Assembly (NCBI GenBank): GCA_004764695.1
Contig: SMSO01000036.1
Span: 2,046,001-2,110,000, forward strand
Direction of reading: 5' to 3'
Source of the DNA: Schizochytrium sp. TIO01
Taxonomy: Eukaryota > Protista > Bigyra: Labyrinthulomycetes
DNA: 64,000 nt
The translations under genes were made by a program, and so were the position numbers. Below the pieces are notes generated by a model, which was not told where the DNA came from, made no database searches, and was given only the letters and a program-made list of their open reading frames with translations. Shown in pieces: positions 26,222-35,184 of this stretch. Within the stretch, counting starts at the first letter, position 1, and every line of letters begins with the position of its first letter.

Positions 26222-27914
26222 ACAGCAAACAGCAACAACAGCAAACAGCAGCAACAAATTCAACAGCAGCAACTTTTGCAGCAGCAACAACAACAACATA
26301 TGCAACAAGCCCACCTCCAGCTTCACAATTCTGCAGTAATGGGGCCCATGATGCACATGAACTCAAACGATGGGTCAATGTCACACATAATGATGGCCAA
26401 TTTGCCAATGATACCTCAACTTCCCGAGCGACAACGTCATATTGCCATGCAAGCAGAGCATCTTCTCTCAAGCATGGAATCTTTCCTCGGCAAAACATCA
26501 AACCAAGTAAATACCCAGTTAGATAGAGTATCGAACCTGTCCAAGCAAGTGACAAAGGTACGCACAGCCTTTGCCTTACTCGAAAGGCGTCGCTACCGCC
26601 GCAAGTTTCGCCGGCAAGGCGGAGAGTCCAACTCAAGGTCCTCCAACTCCTCGTTCTCCTCATTCTCCTCGCCCTCCACTTCGTCATCTGATCGCCAAGG
26701 TAGAGCTCGATTTGGTCGCCAGAGCGGCAGTGGAGTTGATGATCGTCGCTCGAGCGATCTTGAAAACGAAAAGAATGGCCCCATGGTTAGTGAGGCGTCA
26801 GGTCAGGCGAGCAGTAGCGCATCCGGCCAGCAATCGCAGCAAATGACATCCTCGCCCATTTCTGCAGCCCAAACCAAACGTTCCGCAGCACACTCCAGCG
26901 CTGTGGCCACCACACCAAAACGCAGGCGAGTCCAGGGTTCCACAGCCAGCAGCGAGCACCTGTCTTCTTCCTCAGGAAGCTCCAATCTGTCCAATATTGG
27001 CAGCAGCGACAGTGCTAGTGAGCCCGAAAAGACACTATTACACCTTGTGCACATGCATCCCAGCCAGAACAGTGAAGAACTCCGAGAGAACCTTGCTGAG
27101 ATGCGTGCATCAGATCCTGACAGCCAGCTTTCTAGCATCGCTCAGGCAAACATCTTGCACGCATACATGGACTCATTCCTCAAGTTTGAGATCCTTGACC
27201 TCCGCGTTTTTCGCGCATTCCACCGCGCAGGATTTAGCTTTGAGGCTCGCAATGATGAGGGTGACACAATCTTGCTCCGGGCCGCGAGAGGAAAAGAGCG
27301 TGATCAACTCTTTCCGCTTTCTGATTAACGAATGTGGCGTCAACCTGAATCGCACGTCAGCACGCGCCAACGACACTGGTCTTCACCTCTACATCCGCCA
27401 CGGCCCCATTTACCTTCGAACCCTACAAGCATACTTGGAGGCAGTGCCTGTCAAGTTTGGCCCGTTTAAGGTGAACTCTGTAAACAGCGATGGTAATACC
27501 GTGCTCCACGAGCTTCTGTTGCAGACATCTCGCATTGACGTCACCGATGAACTCTGCAATAGTGTCATCAACATGCTGCTGCAGAGACGCTTCAATGTGC
27601 ACATTCTGAACAACCAAGGTCTCAGCGCCCTTGCGCTCGCGCAATCCCTTTCTGCCAGTGAAGACGCCAAGTCAGGCTCAGCAGCATCTTCTTCTTCAGC
27701 CGTTTCCGCCTCGGCATCTTCCTCTTCCATCGTTACATCCAGCGGATCTGCCCCCTCTGCTGTGGCAACGGCCCAAAACAGCCATATTCTATCCAAGCCC
27801 ATGCCAGTTGCCGCAGCTGCCAAGGCCATGCAATCTTCCGCGCAGGTCGCCAGGCGCCAACTTCAGTCCACCATATCGCTGCTCAAGCGCCTACAACTGC
27901 AAAACAGCAACTGA
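25131..27914 (+). CDS. PolyQ/prion-like N-terminus + coiled coil + C-terminal ankyrin repeats; ~926 aa after removing three apparent extra A's
   Basis: ATG at 25131 in gccATG context. CAG/CAA tracts. Frame breaks at caaacag (~26228 and ~26244) and ggaaaag (~27293) join ORFs 24753-26339, 26276-27328 and 26997-27914. Ankyrin-like turns: RNDEGDTILLRAAR, ANDTGLHLYIR, NSDGNTVLHELL, NNQGLSALALA. Basic NLS-like motifs RRRYRRKFRR and TPKRRRV. Confidence 0.8.
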
Positions 27915-29447
27915 GCTCAACAGTGCCTGCCGCGCGCTTTAAACTCGCTTTGCGACCACAATCTATTTGCAACCACTGATCATCTCCATCTTCACAAGAG
28001 TCCCGCCCACCGAAGATTGCGCTACGTGCGACACTTGGGAACTCTCTTCCTTGCTTGCCCATTTGCTGACAACTTGTCTTTTCTCTCAGCGCACCAAGGT
28101 TGCGGAGGACGACACATGAACCCTTGCTTGAGATCGCTGTGGCCGACACGATGATTGAATCTTCTGATTGCACGCGATTTCAAGGGCAAAGGCATTCAGC
28201 AAGAGAAAAATGACATGGCATGCTTCTGGTGGCCGTTCCCTAGAGAACCCCCTCATCTTAATTTTCTTTTTCCATTCTTTTTGTAACGCTCTTAAACTGT
28301 TTCAGTTCCATCAGGTAGGACAGGTAAAGCTATTGTAATACCAAAGTTGAAAACTCTTATTAAAATATCTAAACAGAATAGATTGGCTTGAAAGATCTTA
28401 GAAAGCAGCTTCTCGTCAGATTGGGACTTCTCGACAGGATTTTGTATGCCTGTACCTGTTTGCATGACAGCATTCCACTCAGTGATTGGATGAATAAATG
28501 CTATTCCTTTCTTAACTTTTCATCTACAAAGTGACAATCTATCCTTCCACAGACCTATGCGAATGGCAATAGTCCTCGCCGCCGCATGAGCTGGACTTAG
28601 TTAATGCGGCCTCGCATGCAGATGAGATATGGAGAAGTAAGCAAATTTTGTGCCTTTAAAAACAAGAAAAGAAAAAGTTGCGCCCAAGGAGGCCATTACA
28701 AGTTTCTTTTTTAATTCTTGAAAGGTTTCAGAACGCACACCAGGAGGGTAGGAATCCCAAGCTATGCACCATGTGCCCTTGGCAGGCTTGAACTTTCTTC
28801 TTCTTATTGTTCTTTTCTTTTCTTTATTCGGGAAAGATCTTGTGCAACGACGCTTCTTCTCCTCAAATGTTTTGAGCAGCACACTAAACTCGTCTTCTAG
28901 ATTTTACTGATCATGCGAGAGCAAATGGACGAGGTAGGCAACGCGAGCAATTACCCAAGGTTTAAAGCCGAACGAAGCATACATATTCGGACCAACCCTA
29001 TCTACAAGTAATACGAGTACGGGAATGAAAAGGAAAAAAAGTGCAGATGAATATTGCTGGAGATTTTCGTCAGACTAATGTGAAAAATAAATAAACAAAT
29101 GAAAATAAAATGGGGGGAGAGGGGGGGAGAAAAGCCAAACCAACAACACAGAAAAAATGTTGCATTTCATTTCTTTTTCAATTGAAAGAAATGACAAGGT
29201 GAGCTTTTCTGATTTTATACTTGTCTGTGTGAACTGTGTCTCCCCATCAGCTAGCTGTTGACCAAGTGAAGAAACTGAGTACTCTTCAATAGGAGATTAG
29301 AGACCAAAATTTACACCAAAAAAATGAAAGAACCAAAAACAAATTCAAGCGACCAAGCCAGCCAGCATGTGGCCATCGGCAATAACTTATATGATCGCAT
29401 TGGCTCAGGATATGTTATATGCTCAAAGTTGTGTGACTTGTATCTTC

Positions 29448-32018
29448 CTACATCGCGGACTCAGACACGGGTTGAAACGCATGAGGCGCCATCTGTGTAA
29501 GGATAGTGGGATTCACCCGCGTTGCATTTCGTAAGCGACGTTGTAAACGCGGTACCACAATCCAAGGGGGGGGGATTCCACAATGACGCGCAAACAGACT
29601 TGAAGGGTGAACCTCTAACATTACATTGCCATGAATAGTAACGTAGTGCTGCCCATCCTTGTCAAGACGGGCAATATTAAGAAACAAGCTTTTACATATG
29701 CATTGAATAAGACTTTCCACATCCTCGCAACATGAGAGAATTTGTAAACCCAACTCTCTAGCTTGCCTTCCCAGAATTCTGGCAAGATCTGCACGTATTG
29801 TATTACAACGCTTTAATGTAGCTAGACGCAAACCAAACTGATTGCAAAAAGTCTTCCTGCCGATGCCTTGAGACTCGCTAGCATCCCGAAATGCATTAAA
29901 TATGTTCACATACATGATCAAATCTCCTTCCTTTGCGCCCAGAGCACGCATGCACTCATCAGATTTGGCTTGCTGTCGCACATCCCCAAAATGAGTTGTA
30001 GCAGACTCAAACAAACTTGCATATTCAAGAGCCTCTAACATCGCAGCAATCGACAGCACCTCCTCCGCGCACCCCAGGTCAAGGGAGCATACCAACATTC
30101 GCCCAAGCATGGGGCTCAACGGAAGGAATTCTGCAATTCGCACACCCAGAGCTGTCAATTCTCCTTCATCATCCATTGCTTCCAGAGCATGTAGGCAATC
30201 TAAAGCTCGCATCATTGCTTTAGCTGGTGGAGGCGTCATGTAGGAATATCGCACAACATTACGCACTTGCAACCTCTTCAGTTGCAAACACACTGCAGAC
30301 AAGTCGCTTCGTAGTATCTCAGCTTCAGCCTCCGTACTAAGTTCTTCCCGAGCGTCTGCCTCGGTGCAAAGACGAAGAACTAACTCGTTAGAAAACACAG
30401 CGCGCTGTCGAGCCTCATCCCAACTCACTGGCACAATACCCCTGTCTTCCACTCCTGTTTCGCTGTCAACGACTGTCCTCTCAGTGAACATGGAGTCAAT
30501 TACGGCAAAGACACCGTGCAAAGCAGCTGAAAATTTTGAACTTGACTCCATAACTGAGGATGCTACAACGCAGTGACGAAGACCATGTTCTGCGGGGCCA
30601 ACTCTTAGCTGGGATGCACCACCTTGAGTCCAAGGAATAAGATTAAGCGTTGAGCACCCTTGCCTTCTTTTCAATAAGTCTACAAAATTCGATACGGCAC
30701 GATTGGTTGGCAGAAAAACAAGAATGTTTCCTGCGCTGACAGGGCGCTCGATATGCAACATTGCAACGAGATCTACGCTCTCCTGCAAGTAGTTTGAGGT
30801 GGGATTTTCAAGATACATAATTCGGCGTTTCCTGTTATCCCACGTATCCCTTGGTTGGCGTAGATCAAGAAGGCCGCATTGTGGGGTTGCAAGCAAAAAT
30901 CGATCTCGCACAAGCTCTGCTGATGCTTCTGAGCTAGAAAAGACAACTACCCTTAAATCTTGTCGCTGGCATATTATTTTAACCAAAAGACTCATCAAGA
31001 TATCCGTATAGACACTACGCTCCTCAAACTTGTTCACGACAATCATTGCAAATCGAGATAGCAAAGGGTCGCGAAAAGTCTCTTGCAAAAGCATGCAGTC
31101 GTTGTACACAGTGATTAAGTTGTTTTCTCCATTACCATGTAAGCGCTGCCGGTCAAAGCGCTCTACATAGTCCCCACATCTATAGTCGAATGCAAAATTA
31201 CGAGCATTGTTTCCCCCTGGAACCGTACAGGCAATTCGGGCTGAAGTTGAGGACGCAGCGTCGCTTAGAAATGCTCCGCACATTGAACCCCCACGTTCCT
31301 CAAGACATACTACCAATTGAAGCGAGGTAGAAAATTTCAGGATATCTGCTTTCTGAACCTGCTTAGACTTGCGACGCATGACTTGACTATTCGTGGAATC
31401 CATTGGATCTCGCAAGGATGTGCATGGCGCATCCTCATTGTGTTCTTTTTTTGGGGCGTTGGTCGCATGAGGCTCGCGAGAACTATGACGAGATTTGTGC
31501 CTTGATCCACGTTCTTCACGCGAATGCTTTCGATGCGATTTTCTAGACCGTGAATTACGAGAGTGTTTATATTTATGTGCCTTGTCACGAGAAGCCTCGC
31601 TCAGAGACTTTTGTGAGCCTTTTTTTTTTCTTGACTTTGAGGATGATGAGGATACAGAGGATGAAGACGATGAAGACGATGATGAGGTTTCAGATGAACT
31701 TGAAGACGAAGAGCTTGACACAGATGACCTTGATGACGCCCTCTTGTGTCGTCGCCTTCTTACTTCTCGTCGTCCCCGCCGCTGATCTTTTCTCCTCCTC
31801 GAGTGTCCAGAGCTTGGTTTTCGAAGCGGATTTGCCGCCGGTGTTGCATCAGCTTCTGTCTTTGCAGATATTTTACTTTCACACTTTTGAAACTCACTGT
31901 CATCTCTATCTCTGCGGTGTCTCTTGCGACTTGTTTTCTTGCTTTTGGCAGCCTTCACAGTGGTACTTCTTGAGAGTACAAGTCCTTGGTTCTCGTCATC
32001 GTCCTCTGGAAGCTCCAT
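29448..32018 (-). CDS. DEAH/RHA-family RNA helicase-like protein (closest by motif to DHX35) with degenerate ATPase motifs and an N-terminal R/S/K-rich extension
   Basis: DPLLSRF..IVV....ERSVYTDIL, NILVFLP, AEILRSDLSAVCLQLK, YMTPPP, ELTALG..IAEFLPLSPMLGRML, GCAEEVLSIAAML, EGDL, VHPSS: the RecA1-RecA2-HA2-OB layout of DEAH helicases. Confidence 0.88.
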   Translation of the reverse strand: MELPEDDDENQGLVLSRSTTVKAAKSKKTSRKRHRRDRDDSEFQKCESKISAKTEADATPAANPLRKPSSGHSRRRKDQRRGRREVRRRRHKRASSRSSVSSSSSSSSSETSSSSSSSSSSVSSSSSKSRKKKGSQKSLSEASRDKAHKYKHSRNSRSRKSHRKHSREERGSRHKSRHSSREPHATNAPKKEHNEDAPCTSLRDPMDSTNSQVMRRKSKQVQKADILKFSTSLQLVVCLEERGGSMCGAFLSDAASSTSARIACTVPGGNNARNFAFDYRCGDYVERFDRQRLHGNGENNLITVYNDCMLLQETFRDPLLSRFAMIVVNKFEERSVYTDILMSLLVKIICQRQDLRVVVFSSSEASAELVRDRFLLATPQCGLLDLRQPRDTWDNRKRRIMYLENPTSNYLQESVDLVAMLHIERPVSAGNILVFLPTNRAVSNFVDLLKRRQGCSTLNLIPWTQGGASQLRVGPAEHGLRHCVVASSVMESSSKFSAALHGVFAVIDSMFTERTVVDSETGVEDRGIVPVSWDEARQRAVFSNELVLRLCTEADAREELSTEAEAEILRSDLSAVCLQLKRLQVRNVVRYSYMTPPPAKAMMRALDCLHALEAMDDEGELTALGVRIAEFLPLSPMLGRMLVCSLDLGCAEEVLSIAAMLEALEYASLFESATTHFGDVRQQAKSDECMRALGAKEGDLIMYVNIFNAFRDASESQGIGRKTFCNQFGLRLATLKRCNTIRADLARILGRQARELGLQILSCCEDVESLIQCICKSLFLNIARLDKDGQHYVTIHGNVMLEVHPSSLFARHCGIPPPWIVVPRLQRRLRNATRVNPTILTQMAPHAFQPVSESAM

Positions 32019-32399
32019 GGCGTCGATTAAAAGGTGTAACCAATATAGAAACTCCCTCCACAGAGAAATTTCTCAACCTTTTTTAAGCTAGTCCCTCCAG
32101 CTCTACGACACGATCAGTTCCTTCTTCAGCTTCGTGCCAATGTAGCGAATCAGCTCTCGCCAGAGGGCTGTGGAGTGAGTGTATCGAAGATCATCACAAT
32201 CACCTTTACCCGTCCTAACCCCTACTTCTACTCATACTTAGCTTCTTATACTTTCAGGTCTATACTCTACTTTCACACTCTACTTATACTTATACCTCAC
32301 TTATAATCGACTTATAAACAGTAAGTACGTAAGTGCTTATCTATTGGTTCACTGGTATTTGTTGTTGAGAACGTGAGGCCCTCGAGCAGCAAGGCGGCA

Positions 32400-34646
32400 A
32401 TGGGCGGGGCCAACTCCACGCTGCAAACCGGAAAGGCGTGTTTGACACTGCCCAAGAAATCGCTGGGGTACAGGATACCTGCGAGACATTTCTCAAGCCG
32501 CCAGTCAGAGTTCGAAATTCAGCAGAACTGCCGCTTGAGTGCTTGCAAAGCCAACATGGAGCACCAACCAAGCCAGGCTGAAGGAATGAATGGTGAGCAC
32601 CAGGATAAAGTGGAGCGCACGGATAGCGGAGCACAGGTCGATGCAGAGGGCAACGCAAAACCTGGCGAAGCACAGGTGTCAGAGAGCCCTGCTACAAAGG
32701 ATGCAAATATTTTGGAGACCTCCCAGAAAGATGCTGCCGAAGAGGCCCGCAGAAAGAATTACGAGCAAGTTAGAGCCCTCGTGGAGGAGAAGCATAAGGA
32801 TATTTTAGCAGAGTACTCTTCAAAGGAATCAAAGAATGCCTTAAAACGCAAGATGGCCTCGCTTGTACGTCAAGAGCTTGTGCGGCAATCAAAGGCAAGA
32901 CAGAAGATGAAACGTGCCAAGTTGGCCGAGACTGAAGGCAAGAAATCGGGTCGGCCAGAAAGACCAGAGGCAGAGGAACGCAAAGCCATGGATCAAGCGG
33001 CTATGTCACAGCTGAGGAAGGCTGCAAAGGTTTCTGTACCAAATCTGATGCAGACAAACCCTAAGATTGTAGTGGACATGGAGTTCGCTCAATTAATGCC
33101 CCGGGATTTGCGAAGAGGGTTGTACCACCAGATTTCGAGCACATACGGCAATAACCGTGGAGCCTGGAGACCGAGTCTACTGATGCTTGTGGGAATGACG
33201 CCCGAGCTCCAGGCTGACTTTTTAGAACGTCAATCTACAGCAGATTCGTGGAAAGAAATTGGCGACTTTTCCATGCACAGCGAACCCTTCGAAGAGCTGT
33301 TTACCCCTGAAAATGCAGTGTATCTTTCTGCAGACGCCACAGAAACCCTTGAAGAGTTTGATCCTAGCAAAGCCTATATTATTGGTGGACTCATTGATAG
33401 GAATAGCAAAAAGGGTGCGTCACAAGATAAGGCCCGTACGCTCAAGTTTCCCAGCGCCAAGCTTCCTATGGATGAGTACTTCACGCGCCAAAATAAAACT
33501 GAGGGTAAAAAGGTTCTCACTGTAAATCAAGTCTGTGATATCATACGTGACCACCGTGGCTCTGGTAGCTGGGATTATGCACTTGATCGTCAAGTTCCAC
33601 ACCGTTTCAATGCTGCCACAAAAGAAAAGCTCCGCGCGGCTAATATTGATGTGGAGTCAGCTCATGACAAAACTAGCAACTGGCGCTATGTTGATGAGAA
33701 GCCGCGTACAGCACTTGTCACTGGTGCCTCCTCCGGCATTGGCCTTGCGTGGGCCAAAGAGCTCCGTCAGCGGGGGTGGTCCGTCATTATGGTTTCACGT
33801 GACGCTCGTCGTCTTGATGCTGCAGCTACAGAGGTCCGGAAGGTTACACCCGAGGGCAGTTCCCGGCCTGAAGCCACCTTGGAACCCTTGGTCTTTACTA
33901 CAGAAGCTGATTGCACTAACTGGGCCGATGTGGCACGGCTGACCCTGGCTGTGAAGACCCGGGTTGAGGGTTTGGATGGAATTGTTCTTGCAGCCGGTAC
34001 TTTCAAGTGGGATGACGACCAGTTACTTCAGTCTGACCATTCACTCCTTATTCGCCAGAACCTGTCCAGCAAATCACTTATTGCTAAGGGTCTCCTGCAG
34101 GTCGTTCACTCAGACCTGCGCTACCGTGAGAATGAACCTGCCCCAGCAGTAGAACCAGAGGTCGACAGCAGCAATGAGAGTGGAAATAAACCTGCCCCTC
34201 AACCCTTCTTTCTTCAGGATCCCACCGGGTTTATGCTTGTTCGCGAAGAGAAAAAACAGGAGCAATCTTCCAGTACAGAAATGCATAAAGCTAAGCCTCA
34301 GAACGAAAAGGATGATGGTTTCCAGAGGTTTGTCATGGTTGTTGGCTCTGATGCAGGCACCCCAGACTTTTCTCAGCGCGTTCCAGATACTGAACAGGAG
34401 CAGGGATATATCACGTCTATGCAGGCTGTCCGCACATGGTCTACCCAACTTGCCACTTTAGTGAAGGATGTTACAGACAGTGTCACTATTCAACTGGATG
34501 AAGCTCCTCTTCTCGACTCCCCATTAGCCCGTAGTGAGTTTTCGCGCCTCAAGATTGATTGGGGGACTATTCCCAACACCCAAGATTATGTGCACGCAAA
34601 GGCGGAAGCCCTCTTTACGAATCTTCAACAAAAGCCGTGCAAGTAG
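32400..34646 (+). CDS. TRM10: Trm10-family tRNA m1G9/m1A9 SPOUT methyltransferase fused to a C-terminal SDR (Rossmann-fold) domain; alternative start at ATG 32556
   Basis: Trm10 motifs IVVDMEFAQLM, QISSTYGNNR, VYLSADA, AYIIGGLIDRN, SAKLPM, KVLTVNQV, W..AL...VP.R (~33060-33606). SDR motifs TALVTGASSGIG, SVIMVSR, ADCT, LDGIVLAAG, QNL, VVGS, GYITSM (~33700-34600). Uninterrupted ORF. Confidence 0.9.
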   Translation: MGGANSTLQTGKACLTLPKKSLGYRIPARHFSSRQSEFEIQQNCRLSACKANMEHQPSQAEGMNGEHQDKVERTDSGAQVDAEGNAKPGEAQVSESPATKDANILETSQKDAAEEARRKNYEQVRALVEEKHKDILAEYSSKESKNALKRKMASLVRQELVRQSKARQKMKRAKLAETEGKKSGRPERPEAEERKAMDQAAMSQLRKAAKVSVPNLMQTNPKIVVDMEFAQLMPRDLRRGLYHQISSTYGNNRGAWRPSLLMLVGMTPELQADFLERQSTADSWKEIGDFSMHSEPFEELFTPENAVYLSADATETLEEFDPSKAYIIGGLIDRNSKKGASQDKARTLKFPSAKLPMDEYFTRQNKTEGKKVLTVNQVCDIIRDHRGSGSWDYALDRQVPHRFNAATKEKLRAANIDVESAHDKTSNWRYVDEKPRTALVTGASSGIGLAWAKELRQRGWSVIMVSRDARRLDAAATEVRKVTPEGSSRPEATLEPLVFTTEADCTNWADVARLTLAVKTRVEGLDGIVLAAGTFKWDDDQLLQSDHSLLIRQNLSSKSLIAKGLLQVVHSDLRYRENEPAPAVEPEVDSSNESGNKPAPQPFFLQDPTGFMLVREEKKQEQSSSTEMHKAKPQNEKDDGFQRFVMVVGSDAGTPDFSQRVPDTEQEQGYITSMQAVRTWSTQLATLVKDVTDSVTIQLDEAPLLDSPLARSEFSRLKIDWGTIPNTQDYVHAKAEALFTNLQQKPCK

Positions 34647-35184
34647 TGCACACTCTGATTGCCCATTTACTTATATATGATTTGACTTCTTTTCCTCCAG
34701 TAGAAATGTATTTGCAGTATGCCAATTTCCCCTAGCTATAGGCCACAAGATGCACTCGTGAACTTTGTCAAATAATACTCTCTTTCTTGATGTAATGTTC
34801 TTTTGAACGAGGAAGAACCTCTAAATTTCAAACGCCACCCCTACATGAAAAATTTAATCAGTTTATTAATCTAAGAAAGCCAGTAGAATGAACTTCTAGA
34901 TCCAGTAGAAAATGATTTTGCACTACAGTGAAACTTATTCAGTTTAGGTCACATGCACTCTACAAACTTTGCATTGCAACTAAGGAAGTCGTGATTTCGC
35001 TTTCATGTTCAACCTCTGATATTGTTCCTGTCAGCAAAGACAATAATAAAAGGTACCAAACGGGCTGTAACCATGATTTTACCTAACTCTCAGGCAAAAC
35101 GAAGAACCCGTTTTCTTCAACTCAACAAGAAGGCCCAAGACTGTGATGCAAGGAAAAGGAAAAAAAAAGCAAATAATATCATCA

